Shown here: positions 30,538 to 45,040 of the stretch, one piece after another
Numbering within the stretch: position 1 is the stretch's first letter
Layout: every line of letters starts with the position of its first letter
Source of the DNA: Octopus sinensis
Taxonomy: Eukaryota
Assembly (NCBI RefSeq): GCF_006345805.1
Contig: NC_043003.1
Coordinates: 58,404,001-58,468,000, forward strand
Direction: 5' to 3'
DNA length: 64,000 bases
Program-made: the position numbers and the translations under genes
The notes under the pieces: model-generated
Seen by the model: the letters and a program-made list of their open reading frames with translations, nothing else
Databases searched by the model: none
What the model was told of the DNA's origin: nothing

Positions 30538-30967
30538 GACGGGCGTCTTTCACTTTACCATATCCACTCACAAGGCTTTGGTCAGTAGAAGACACTTGCC
30601 CAAGGTGCCACGCAGTGGGACTGAACCCGGAACCATGTGGTTGGTAAGCAAGCTACTTACCACGCAGCCACCCCTACGCCTATATATGCATATTAAATTT
30701 CCCGTCCGCAAAGGCTTTAATTTTATGGCGTTTCGTCAGATCCCAAAAATCTCTTGGCCCATGACCACTTAAACATTTTTTAAAGATTTTTTAAGAGGTC
30801 ATGGACTTTTGGGATCTGACGATACGCCGTAAAGCTAAAACCTTTATTGACGGGAAACCTAAAGTAATCCCATAAACCGGCCTTCCCCATTTTTAATATA
30901 TACTGTTCTACATCTTATAGTGTACTCCTTCTTTCGGATTTATGTTCTTTACAAACAATATATATAT

Positions 30968-31044
<77 letters not shown>

Positions 31045-31377
31045 CGTCATCGTGGCACTCCGTCTGTTACGACAACGAGGGCTCCAGTTGATCCTATCCA
31101 CGGAACAGCCTGCTCGTGAAATTAACGTGCAAGTGGCTGAGCACTCCACAGGCCCGTGTACCCTTAACGTAGATGTCGGGGAGATTAGCGTGACACAAGA
31201 GTGTGTGACGAAGCTAGCCCTTTCACGTACGGAGCTTTAAGTGTTTTCGCTCAATAACACTCACAACGCCCGGTCTGCGAATCGAAACCGCGATCCTGGG
31301 CCATTGCACCCCCTTCCCCCTAATATATATATATATATTATATATATATATATATATATAATATATATATATATACA

Positions 31378-32240
31378 TCAACAATGTTAATAAGAAAGAT
31401 TATCATGAAGTTGCATAGCATTGCCTTTAATTCTTTTAATATATATGCACCTTCACATAGACCAACACGTGTTTCAATTGCACCGATTAGTAACCGTTGC
31501 AATTGCAACCCTCCTATAATACCGGTACAGTTTCTTTGGGGTCTTTACTTAATATCCTTCGATTTAACTGTTTAAAGTTTATCGTTAATCTATTCTACGT
31601 TGTATGATGTAGAGTTGTCCGTTAAGTTAGATGCGAACAATCTCCATTTCAAGTTTTGATTGGATAATCACTCATAACCCATTATTTCAAGCCATTCTGT
31701 TGTTTAAATGTTTATCATTCATTTATACTTGGCAAATGTGAATTTCCTCATGTGCAAGCATTCCAAAACTTGTTCCTGTCTAGAATTTATCACATTGCCC
31801 TTGGATGTAAAAATCTGGTAAAATTCTTCTTAACACAAGTCACATTTTTTTTGTTCCATGTCTATGGGTTTGCAGTACAAATTAATTCCCAATTGATAGT
31901 ATAGTCTTTGTTTCTGTCCTTAATAGACCAGATTAATTTGATAAGACTTGTATAGAATCTTTTATTTTTATCTCTAAATGATCTCATGATTTACCAGTCT
32001 CCTCTTGAATATTAATGATGTTTCAACGATGTAAAAGTATTAATTACCCTCAATGTAACTTTACACCTGTATATTCCGTTTCTAATCTTACACTTATTTT
32101 TCATATAAGAGGATTCCTGTTTAGAGCAATTGCAAAGATAATCTTTTATAATTCTCTCAGATTTAGTTTTAATTTGATCATTCATTGGAGAATTAAATCC
32201 ATTTCCACCAAGTTCTTTGTTACTATTTACTCCCTTAGAC
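31378..32240 (-). mobile_element. Degenerate Penelope-like element 3' part: GIY-YIG endonuclease remnant + pLTR with hammerhead-like motif (31460-31543)
   Basis: Frameshifted peptides CNCSKQES..KNKC...GIYRCKV, FKRRLVNH.RSFRDK, IWSIKDRNKDYTINWELI and KCDLC. The 3' end abuts (TA)n. Confidence 0.75.
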
Positions 32241-32440
32241 AATGTTATCTGTTCTAATTCTTGCTATTCCTATCTATCTGTATTTCTAACTATCTATCTA
32301 TCTATTTATCTATCTGTCTCTCTGTCTGTCTACGTAAACAAACACGCACGCACACGCACACACACACACACACACGCATTTCATACATAAATACATACAT
32401 AGATACATTGATACATACATACATACATATATATATATAT

Positions 32441-32478
<38 letters not shown>

Positions 32479-32479
32479 C

Positions 32480-32521
<42 letters not shown>

Positions 32522-32796
32522 TATATAATTAATAATATCTGGGTAATAAAGATTAAAAAAATTTTATAACCTGTGGCCTAGCGTGTAGAAAAATTAGTCA
32601 ACAGACTATATATTATTCATATAAATACAGTGTACATTTAAACACATAAGAGGTAGCCGTCATAGGATTCCTTTCACACTTGAAGGAACATTCCCTTCGA
32701 GTTTTTAACCCTAATAGTGGTTTGGACTTTAGCTGTTCCTTCTTGCGTGAAAGGAATCCTATGACGGATACCTCTTATGTGTTTAAATGTACAGTG

Positions 32797-32884
<88 letters not shown>

Positions 32885-33352
32885 AGAAGTAATTTCAACA
32901 TGGCTATTCTGTACGAACCGACGTTACTACCATTTTTAACCCTAAGAAAACGTATTCGATAACCAGCTAGTGGAGGTTATCTTGAGGTTAAAAAATGATA
33001 GTAACGTCGATTCGTACAGAACAGCCATGTTGAAGTGGCGACAAACATTACTTCTCAGTATAGTTACTACTTTCCTCTCTTACAGACATTTTCTTGGCAG
33101 AAGCGGTCCTTAGCTATCACTCCGCTACGCGGATGCTCGCGGCTGATGTGAGCCAAACAGATCGAAAACTGGTCGATCCTGCGATCCTGTCGGCTTCTAG
33201 GGGTTCGCTTCCCCTGCCAGTGATAAATTGTATATAAAGGGTTCAGAGCTTGCACCGAAAACCAGCTGGCGGAGAATCCGCCTGGGGTTAAAATAATAGT
33301 AACATTCATCTGCCACTTTGATGTGGCTACTCACTTTACTGTGTATTTATAT

Positions 33353-33775
33353 ATAGGAGTAGGAGTGGCTGTGTGGTAAGTAGCTTGCTTACCAACCACA
33401 TGCTTCTGGGTTCAGTCCCACTGCGTGCCACGTTGGGCAAGTATCTTCTACTATAGCCTCGGGCCGACCAAAGCCTTGGGAGTGGATTTTGTAGACGGAA
33501 ACTGAAAGAAGCCCGTCGTATATATGTATAAATATATGTACGTGTGTGTATATGTTTGTGTGTCTGTGTTTGTACCCCACCAACATCACTTGACAACCGC
33601 TGGTGGTGTGTTTACGTCCCCGTAAATTAGCTGTTTGGCAAAAAAGACCGATATAATAAGTACTAGGCTTACAAAGAATAAGTCCTGGGATCGATTTGCT
33701 AGAGTAAAGGCGATGCTCCAGCATGGGCGCAGTCAAATGACCGAAACAAGTAAAAGAGTAAAAGAGAAAAAAAGA

Positions 33776-33778
<3 letters not shown>
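33353..33778 (+). mobile_element. SINE family B, full length
   Basis: Colinear with the family consensus. Confidence 0.85.
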
Positions 33779-33836
<58 letters not shown>

Positions 33837-34643
33837 TATAGATATATAATTGTGTATATGCGAGACCATCAAAACCGAACGGTGTATTGTAGTGTTTATT
33901 TATGTCGTTTTGATATACTTAGTAACATTGTTAAACAAGAAAAGGAACTGATTTTTATCAGTAGGAAGGACATACATGATTGATATGCGTTTGGAATGAC
34001 AAAGTAGTTTGCGGATATCGTGCGGATATCGTGCGGATGTAGGCGGGTGTGTGTGAAAATGAATGGAAGGATAGGGCAGTGTAAAATGTGATGTGGACGG
34101 ATGACGATCGTAAATGATGTGTGACCGTAGTATTATTGACAAAGCCCTCGTGTTTGTTTAGTTTGAATTGCCGAACGAAAGCCATTCCTCATTTCACGCG
34201 CGAAGTGTATCGTCTGCTTCTGTGCGCAGCCATTCGGACAGTTTGTTTTAAATACAAAACAACGAAAGGTATTTCTACTCAGACTAGCAAGTAATAGCAG
34301 TCAAATCTTTCTTAATCCATACTCTTCTGTTGTTTTGAGAAAGCAGAGTACATTGAGTCATGAAGACCATAGATGTACATTGTTTTCAAAATGATATGAT
34401 GATCACAGCTGCAATGATTTTGAATTTAAATATAAGCCTGCTGGGTCATGGCTGATCTGTGGTAAATAACCATATTGAACGCGTACGATGCAAAGCAACG
34501 AAGGAGTGTCGATGTGGTCGCTCGATCTGTTACAAATAACTATGAAATCTTTCTTTCGAAAACCGAAATAGGCATTGATAATGAATTCCTGGATATCCTA
34601 TCTGAAAATGCAGGCCTAGAATCGTAATGAATAAATAGTAATA

Positions 34644-34711
<68 letters not shown>

Positions 34712-34714
<3 letters not shown>

Positions 34715-35823
34715 CAGTAACAAAATAGGCAAAGGAATATCTAAGTGAATTCCGAATACAACAAATTCCAGAATTAAACATACAAGAAACAAGCACAGAA
34801 AAAGCTAAGCGCATGAAAACCCGTGCTAAAACTGCTGCCTTAGATATTCTGAATGATAAATGGCAAGAAAAACCTCTCAATGGCAAATACCCAAAGAGAG
34901 TGAATAATGCAGATATTGACAAAGCCCTGACCCATCAATGGCTAATGGCTAATGGCCTCTGGCTTAAAATCTAAAACAGAAGGGTTTATCATAGCAGTTC
35001 AAGATCAATGCCTACCTATAAGGAACTACCAAGCCAACATATTAAAGAACGACAGTAGCCCAACATGTCGTGTATGTCAACAACAAAATGAAACCATTGA
35101 TCATGTTGTCTCCAAGTGCAGTCTTCTTGCGCTTACAGAGTATCTCAACAGGCATGATAGAGCTGCACAATATATTCACTGGGTAATTTCCAGAAGCCTG
35201 GACTTGGCCCATGATAAAAACTGGTGGGAACACAAACCACCTCCAGTGCTTGAAAATGACCACATCTCACGCCTCTGGAACTTCACCATTCAAACTGACA
35301 GAAAGATAGACGCGAATAGGCCAGACATCATAGTAAAAGACTTCAGACAAAAAAACATGCCTCCTCATTGATATGACTGTTCCAATCGATATAAACGTAT
35401 CTGTCAAGACCTACCAGAAACTGAGCAAATATAAAGATCTGGAAATAGAAATCAGCAAAATGTGGAACCCGAAGACTAAAACAATACTCGTTGTCATAGG
35501 TGCCCTGGGAATGATAGCAAAAGGGGCTGATTGCTACCTAACTCAGATATCAGGAAACCCCAAAATGGCAGCAATTCAAAAGATAGTGTTCATGGGAACT
35601 GCTCATATCCTACGCAAAATACTTTCTATGTAACCTCAAGTTTTAAAACAAACAATTTTCGTATGGGTTTTTTAGACATTCACTAGTATAGCACTAAGTA
35701 CAAAACCAAATATATGGCACCCTAGGCATAACACCAACATGAACTTCCAACTTGTTGTCTCTTGAGGTCTCTAGATGAGACTTGGAGCCAGCTTGTGTAA
35801 ATGTAAAGCAAAAGTCAAACATA

Positions 35824-35825
<2 letters not shown>
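34712..35825 (+). mobile_element. 5'-truncated R4/Dong-like non-LTR retrotransposon (CCHC knuckle + restriction-like endonuclease) in (TAA)n
   Basis: Motifs TEGFIIAVQDQ, CRVC...ETIDHVVSKC, RHD, NRPDII and KYKDL...IGALG. Two frameshifts. (TAA)n on both flanks. Confidence 0.9.
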
Positions 35826-35896
<71 letters not shown>

Positions 35897-36250
35897 CCTT
35901 CCTTTCTACTATAGGCACAAGGCTTGGATTTTTGTAGGAAGGGGGAAAATCGATCCCATCGACCCCAGTACCTGACTAGTACTTAATTTATCGACCCTGA
36001 GAAGATGAAAGGCGAAGTCGACCTCGGCGGGATTTGAACTCAAACGAAATATCGCTAAGCATTTTGCCCGGCGTGCTGACGATTCTGCCAGCTCGTCGCC
36101 ACTGAGAGAGATTAGACTTGAAATTCGCATTGTCAACCTGCAGAAAAGTACAATTCTATATCCTGCAAGAATCCCAAGAAAGATTCTTGCAGGATATAAA
36201 GAGACTCGTTACTAAACCTTAGGATATAATCCCTACCAACCAAATTAGCA

Positions 36251-36341
<91 letters not shown>

Positions 36342-36980
36342 AAGAAGAAGGAGGAGGAGGAGGAGGAGGAGGAGAAGAAGAAGAAGAAGAAGAAGAAGAG
36401 AAGAAGAAGAAGAAGAAGAAGAAGAAATGCCATGATGCAGTACCAGGCACTGGCTCTCATGGCTTCTGAACTTAACTGATTGGAAGTGTTATCATGTACA
36501 TGTTTTTTCTTGATATAAAAGATGGACTACAGCAAATATTCTGCTCAATACTACAGATTTGCTTGTCAGTTGTTTTACCTTAACCATTTGAGCATGTCCC
36601 TTAGTGGCTGACGATATGTGCATCTCTGATCACGAGCAGAACTAGTTGGGGAGCATCATAGCAATGTTTTGAGAGGAATTCTTTGAGGTTTGAATAATTC
36701 ACCCCTGGAAAGATAGGTGTTTCGTTCATCATCCTTAAACAACCCTTATTCAGGGACCTTTTGAGTAGCATGGGCTACTCGACCTGAAGAAAATTCTAAC
36801 TGCACCCCACCTGCAAGGTCATACGCTGTTTATCTTGATATGAGATCACAATGTCGTGCACATATGGTTGTGATGCATGTGCCTAGTGTACCATTATCAG
36901 ACAGATAGTCATGATGGGCATACTGAGTTTCGTATCAAAGGGTCACTTTGATGGCATGCACTGCTCTCTCACTTAATAAT

Positions 36981-37012
<32 letters not shown>

Positions 37013-38039
37013 CTGTATTATACTTTACCCGCCATCAGGTGGTTTAATACCATAACGTGGACTTTGAGTGTTATTTGCAAAGTCCACTCTGCTCAAAGCG
37101 TCGGGGAGAAGCTTAAGATGAGTTATACGTGCTGCCTTTCTTCCTCCGACTAAATCATGTAAATATATACACCCTCGTTTATCACTGATTCTCTTAGCAC
37201 TGATCCGGGATAACACGGTACGCTCAGTTGTGAATCATGTAACGCTTATTACAGAGTGATCTGTAATAACACAGGTTGGCGATCAGTCGATTATTCTGCA
37301 TGTACTGCAGCGACTACCCACATTGTTCAGCTACCCCGAATGTTCTGACTATCGCTTATGTTTGCATGACCGTACTACAAGGCGGCGTATTTTACCCATT
37401 GACATGGGACTATTGAAAAGGGAAAAAATATGAAGGCGGCTGATCCTAACAAACGATGCAGACGAATGTATCTATACAGGAGATCAAGAGAATACGTGAT
37501 CGAGAAAACATAAGTTCGGCATCAATGAATCTAGCATGATCCATTTATCAGACTTTTTAAAAACCAAACCCCTCGCCGTGTTAAACGAGGATAGATGTGC
37601 AACAAACGAGAGATCATCTATGCACACATTTGACCAATTTGAAATAGCAGTCGAGTTTTCCTCAAATGACATTCTACATTTTAAAAACGATACAAAAAAA
37701 AACTAATTGGTTTTATACATAGGTTCACGCGGTCCCAGGTATAACATAATACGTGAGTGAGAAACAAAATAAAACTTTGGGGTATAAATGCATTACATCC
37801 TGATATTCAGGCTTCCACTGTTAGAGCAAGCCTGGGGTTTAAACAATTGCTACAATAGTAACGATGACAAAAAGAAAGAGACTCTACGAGTTCTATCAGA
37901 GCCATAAACAATAAAAACTGCAACAACCAAAAAGAGACAAAATCAATCGCTAGATCGATAATTATATGATTAGTAGTTTCGTGAAAGATTGTGTGCTTAC
38001 ACGTTCACTTTTTTATTGGTTGAATAATTTCAAATGGAT

Positions 38040-38236
38040 TTTCTTCTTCTTCTTCTTCTTCTTCTTCTTCTTCTTCTTCTTCTTCTTCTTCTTCTTCTTC
38101 TTCTTCTTCTTCTTCTTCTTCTTCTTCTTCGTCTTCTTCTTCTTCTCCTCCTTCTTCTTCTTCTTCTTCTTCTTCTTCTTCTTCTCTTCTTCTTCTCCTC
38201 CTCCTCCTCCTCCTCCTCCTTCTTCTTCTTATTCTT

Positions 38237-38322
<86 letters not shown>
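38040..38322. repeat. Compound (CTT)n-(CCT)n-(ATT)n microsatellite
   Basis: Directly visible. A similar compound tract in the opposite orientation lies at 36250-36426. Confidence 0.95.
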
Positions 38323-38324
<2 letters not shown>

Positions 38325-38787
38325 TTATCGACGCCGGTGCGTCAAACAAAATGCTCGGCGGTATTTATTATGACTCTTTAGATTCCGAGCTAAAATACCG
38401 CCGAGGATCAGCTTTACCTTTTATCCTTTCGGAGACAATTAAATAAAGTGCCAGTCAAGTACCAGGGGTTGATGTAACCGACTAACACCCCTCCACTTAA
38501 AATTACTGACCTTGTAACAAAATTTGAAGCAGTTTCAAATTCTGCCGAGGTTCGTTTTAACTTTTCATCCTTTTGGGATCAATAAAAAAAAAAATCAGTA
38601 CCAATTGAGCATTGGGATCGATACAATCAACTTCAACCTTCCCCCAAAATAATTTTAATCCACGTTCTTGTTGTAGAACGGATTATCATTCCTTTAAACT
38701 CAGGTTTTTTTCCCCCAGAGTCTTGCATGAGTAGCAGGTTTGCTACCTGTAGCACCATGCTGTTTGTTCTCTTCAACTATCTACTGT

Positions 38788-39054
38788 CTTTTACTCTTTT
38801 ACTTGTTTCAGTCATGTGACTGTGGCCATGCTGGAGCACCACCTTTTTTTAGTCGAACAAATAGACCCCCAGGACTTATTCTTTGTAAGCCTAGTACTTA
38901 TTCGATCGGTCTCTTTTGCCGAACCGCTAAGTTACGGGGACGTAAACACACCAGCATCGGTTGTCAAGCGATGGTGGGATGACAAACTCAGACACACAAA
39001 CATATGCACTCACATACATATATTTATATATATATATATATATAATATATATAT

Positions 39055-39086
<32 letters not shown>

Positions 39087-39098
39087 GCATATATATAT

Positions 39099-39156
<58 letters not shown>

Positions 39157-39294
39157 CATATATACGACGGGCTTCTTTGGACGGCCCTAGGCTATAGTAG
39201 AAGACATTCGCCCAAGGTGCCACGCAGTGGGAATGAACCCGGAACCATGTGGTTGGTAAGCAAGCTACTTACCCCACAGCCACTCCTGCGCCTA
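38788..39294 (-). mobile_element. SINE family B
   Basis: Colinear, with an expanded internal (TA)n. Confidence 0.85.
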
Positions 39295-39299
39295 TATCT

Positions 39300-40890
39300 A
39301 ATACTTTTTTGATAATTTTGGCTGTGCCCAGGAGCCAAACTTTTTGGACACTCTATTCCCGTTTCCTTTATATTCCTCTTAGTATCTTTTGATAATGTCT
39401 TCAATAAGTTCGTCTTGTTCGTCTTCCATTATCGGGCTATCTCGTATTTAACCCATAAAGCGCTGGAATTTGCACTTACATAGCATGGACTGCTGAGCAC
39501 ATTTTATGGAAATGAGACTACCATGCACACATAAAAAAAACAAAATATAGTTAAAATATCTTCTTAGTATATAATGGTGGCAAGTTTTACAATATCTGAA
39601 AAGTCATTTGTTGAACTATTAGTCCTCTTGCATTCTGAGGGGTATCGGAGCGTTTGAGTGACATTAGACCCCAACAAACGCCCATAAATTAAATGCATCT
39701 ATCTGGGCCACGATCGTGGCCTGTCGACCTGTGCCTGGCGGCCACGATCGTGGCCCGTCGCGCTTTATCGGTTAAGATAATTGTGCACTTCCAATACAAC
39801 GCCTTCCTTCTTAACTAACGGCATGTCAAATGGGCATGTAACATCAATTACAGAGCACATATGGTTTACTTTGTCCACCACCACGAATCCGGTTTGTTGT
39901 ACTCAAACACCTGGTCCATTTGGATTGGGAAATCCCACAAGATTTTGCAAGTCTCTGACTCAGTCACCCTCTGTGATTTGTGATGATGCCACGTCTTACT
40001 TCTTTCAAACCTCCATTTTTTCAAACAGTTTCCAATGCAAAACTTTCGCTATATCATCATGTCCCCACAACTTATACAGGTTTTGGGCAAGTCTTGGACA
40101 TTAATTTACAATATGGACAATAGTTTCATCAAATTCGTTATATATTCAGCACAACCGAGACACTTGCTCATCTTTAAGACTGTGCTTCTTCATGACCTTG
40201 TATTTCATATTTTGTTTTTTCCCTTTTTTCTTACTTTCAATATCCCTTCATCTCTATCTACCACTGGCAATGTTCTCTCACTTTGAGTTAGATATCTCAA
40301 CAAGTTTTATCTTCATGTCTTGACCTTCTATATTTTTCTATTTATCTTGGATTTCATGCTGTCATTCCGCATTAGCATTATGCTATACAGATTCATCACA
40401 GATCCCACCTTCTCCAAAAGCTATAATTTCATCTGCATCAGGTACCAATGTTTGGTGTAATTGCCCATTTAATTCCTCAAACAGTTTTCTCTTATCGGCT
40501 TCAAACAATCTCTTCTGCCTTTGTTCAATTGTCGTATCTTTCCAATAATGGTCTTCGTTTCAATTCTTCCAATACCACAGCACATCCTTTATTTTTTTAT
40601 ATTTTATATGTTCTTTCCAACCTTATTTTTGTAACTCTTATAACTTTTATAGCAATCTCCTTTTTTCTTCTTTTCCTCCTTTTTTTTTTCATTTTTTCAA
40701 TCTATCAACTTCTCCCAGATCCCTTTCCACAATTTCTTTCGACGTCAATGCGGTTCTTTTCGTTGTTTGTTCTCTTTTGTATCCAACTCTTTCCGCAGTA
40801 AACTCTCCTGCAATTCTGATAATCTTGTTGAAATAATCCAAATACAGAATTCCAATTTTTTTTTTCGGTTTCTGATTTTACCTTACGCCT
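39300..40890 (-). mobile_element. Decayed, internally deleted R4/Dong-like LINE interrupted by a TTAA MITE
   Basis: Peptides RLFEADKRKLFEELNG, CPRLAQNLYK..HDDIAKVLHWKL, KILWDFPIQ..NKPD, IDVTCPFD, LKYEIAR and LGTAKIIKKVL. Confidence 0.75.
39452..39771. mobile_element. TTAA-specific (piggyBac-like) MITE
   Basis: TTAA at 39448-39451 and 39772-39775. TIRs CCCATAAAGCGC / GCGCTTTATCGG match 11/12. Removing the insert restores the host LINE frame (...LKYEIAR). Confidence 0.8.
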
Positions 40891-41937
40891 AATCCTCCTC
40901 CTCATCATCATCATCATCATCAGCATCATCATCGTCGTCTTCGTCGTCATCATCATCATCATTATCATCATCATCATCATCATCATCATCATCGTCATCG
41001 TCGTCGTCGTCGTCATCATCATCATCATCACTATCATCATTGCTATTACTATTTTTATCATCATTCATACTGCCTGCTTTCTCGGCACTAATGTCCTAAG
41101 CTCTCTACGCCTTAGGTACGTACGAACTGTGTCTTGTTTTGTATTTTCTATTGAATTGACAGAATACTACGCAATATGTGTCCATTACCTAACTTCTATT
41201 TCTTGTGCGTTGTGTATATTTTAAGTCCTACGGTGCTGGTTATATATTTTCCGGCAACATTTCTAATCATACTCAAAACATCTGTTAATATACGTATTGT
41301 ATCTGGTTTTAGTTAATTCATTCTGTTTATCTATATTTCAAGATCTTTATATTTTTATAATTTTTCCATTTCTTTTTGACAGTGAGTGATTCTTTTATAT
41401 AGAGGCACTTCATTTTCTTTGGTGGTACTTGAGGAAGTCTCCCGATTAGTTCGTTGAATCCTTAAAGCAGAAGAATTCTGTTCCTTATAATATCAGTACA
41501 GAAAAAAAAAAACTCTGTTCTACTGATGGACAAAAGACAATTAGATATAACGTGTGCTGTAAGATTCACATATACATAAGAAAACAGACGCACACATATT
41601 CTTCTACTAAGAAATGTTTGTATACAACTACACATACAAAACACACATACGCACATTAATACACACAATGCTTATTCACAAGCACACCCAGAAACACAAA
41701 CAAACACGCATACACACACAGATATATATATATATATGTAAGAAAGTTGGTTTGTGAAAGCACGTGGGTGAATATATAGAAAATAGTAAAAAGTGAAAAA
41801 ACTACAGAAGGCTTAAATGTTAAAAAATATATATATTTGCGTCAATATGTCTGAAGAATATAAAAAAATTTTTTTTTTCTCTTATAATGACATAATTTAG
41901 AAGAAAGACCGGTTTCGTGTATAGCTTTTCAAATTTC

Positions 41938-42481
<544 letters not shown>

Positions 42482-42842
42482 ATATATATTTTATGACGTG
42501 AGCATACACGTCTGGTGTAAAATGGTTTTAAGCAAATAAATAGTTGGTTGTGGTTATCTAAAAGTAACCTATGGGAGAAATACATATTAGCAAAAAACGC
42601 ACTCCGTACTACTCGAACGTAGGTACGATTCTCAGAGTTCACTGTTCAACTGCCGACTGTTAAACCAACGTCGAACTAACACGGTAAACCAACACGTTCG
42701 AACTAATACCGTCAACTACTCTCCTGATAGTTCACTCAGTTCTTATTTATTGTAATCCATTAGACCACCTTCGTTCACGTGGGAGTGTTCAGGATTCTCC
42801 CATAACAATAAACATATGCATTTAATCACTCATATAATACAC

Positions 42843-43485
42843 AGGCGCAGGAGTGGGTGTGTGGTAAGTAGATTGCTTACCAACGACATGGTTCCGGATT
42901 CAGTCTCACTGCGTGGCACCTTGGGCAAGTGTCTTCTACTATAGCCTCGGGCCGACCAAAGCCTTGTAAGTGGATTTTGTGGACGGAAACTGAAAGAAGC
43001 CTGTCAAACAAACACACACACACACACTCACACACACACACACATATATATATATAGAGAGAGGGAGAATTCACAAAAAAACAAAAGACGAAGACAGATG
43101 GTGTAGACAACAAACATATGTATTAGTTTAACGCTCGGGAATTGAAAAAGTCTTTAACGTTTCGAACCTACGCTCTTCCACAGAAAGGAACACTGAAAGG
43201 AACAGAGATAGAAAATAAAGAATGTGTAGTGGCTAGCCATCTATCATGGCGGATGCCGAACAGAGGGGTCACATAGGGGAGCTAGGAAGAAGGGGAGGTA
43301 ATAAAGTATATGTTTATGTGTCTGTATTTGTTCCCCCACCATCGTTTGACAACTGATATTAGTGTGTTTACGTCCTCGTAACTTAGCAGTTCTGCAAAAG
43401 AGACCGAAAGATTTGTTTGACTAAAGGCGGTGCTCCAGCATGGCCGCAGTCAAATGACTGAATCAAATAAAAGTGTAAAAAGAAT
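42843..43485 (+). mobile_element. SINE family B with nested pLTR-like module
   Basis: Head and tail halves are separated by the insert at 43060-43308. Confidence 0.8.
43060..43308 (-). mobile_element. PLE pLTR-like module with minimal hammerhead motif (43152-43187), inserted in the internal microsatellite of a SINE
   Basis: CUUU-CUGUGGA-A-GAGC GUAG GUUC-GAAA-CG-UU-AAAG. Confidence 0.55.
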
Positions 43486-44010
43486 ACCATCCGAAGAAAG
43501 GACTCTCCGCGGATAAATGTAGAGAATTACCCTGTTATTGAATACATACATAAGCAACACAAGAATTCTACCAAGTTCAAATACAGAAGGCCAGATATCG
43601 ATGTTTCGAATAGGAAAGAAAATGCACGCATCGTCATAGAGATCAGCTGCCCTACTGTTGTGAACATCTCTTCGAAAATCAAAGAGAGCAATGAAACATA
43701 CTGACTGCTGCTCCGAGACCTCCAGCTTTTATATTCGGATTATAAATTCACATTTATACCAATGATAAATGGTGCACTTGGTATCAATGAAAAATGGTAC
43801 AGCTTTCAGAAAAAGAAACCAACCAGCTAAAGCGCAAGCTGCAAATATAATCCGTAATTTGAAGTTCAAAATTTGTCGTTATTTTTGTTTCCTACACTCC
43901 AAAGATGGAGCTTAATATATTTGTTACAAACCAGCTCCTTCCTTACTCAAAGACATCAAATAATTAAAAACATAGAGAACATACATAAATACGTACATTC
44001 ATACACACAT
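43486..44010 (+). mobile_element. Older copy of the same RLE-type LINE 3' end
   Basis: RRPDI..NRKEN..IVIEISCP..VNISSKIKE..ETY.LLLRDLQLLYSDYKFTFIPMINGALG. Confidence 0.7.
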
Positions 44011-44394
44011 GCTAAGCTTTAGAGCTAAAAGTCGTGACTTCATCGTAGTTCAACATGGAGAATTGCAACAAAGAGCTATGATTTCCATGTAACATAATGT
44101 AATGAGTTAGAAGCAGAAGTCATTGCTTCAATATGACGCCATCTAAAGAATTACAAATAAATGAAAAAGAGTTAAAAGTAATTATTTTGGGAGAAGAATA
44201 TTGAACACATTTTAAAGTTTAGATAAGTTGATTTAGAAATATTTCAATTTATAGAGAAATTTTAGTCATTCTCCTTGGAAATGTTAATAATGAATTTAGA
44301 AACAATGAACAATTAATTTTAATTAATTTAAGTTTAATAGACGTTTTTATGAGATTTAATAAATTCATTAAAACTTCCTAAATTAATTTACGAA

Positions 44395-44453
44395 GTATGA
44401 ATGTGTATGTTTGTATATGTATATGTATATATGTATATGTATATATGTATATA

Positions 44454-44517
<64 letters not shown>

Positions 44518-44612
44518 TACATACATATATACATAGATACGTATATATATATACATAGATACGTATATATATATACATAGATACGTATATATATTATATA
44601 TATATACATATG

Positions 44613-44646
<34 letters not shown>

Positions 44647-44678
44647 ATATATATATGCATACATATATACATAGATAC

Positions 44679-44731
<53 letters not shown>

Positions 44732-44789
44732 ATATGCATATACATATATATAGTTCTTAGACGCACGCATTTATATAAATACATATATG

Positions 44790-44842
<53 letters not shown>

Positions 44843-44848
44843 CATGCG

Positions 44849-44898
<50 letters not shown>

Positions 44899-45040
44899 GA
44901 CTAGCATCGATATATGTGTGTGGGTGTGTATATGTGATTGTCTATATGTCTATATCTGTCTGTGTATGAATGTGTGTGTGTGTGTAGTGTGTGTATGTGT
45001 GTGTGTGTGTGTATGTGTGTGTGTGTGTGTGTGTGTGTTT
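44395..45040. repeat. (TA)n/(TG)n low-complexity block with short 22-bp tandem units
   Basis: Directly visible. Confidence 0.9.

Noticed and set aside
33086-33237. Acceptor-like ctctcttacAG followed by an open frame of about 50 codons
   Set aside because: No recognisable homology, and it lies in an inverted-repeat block.
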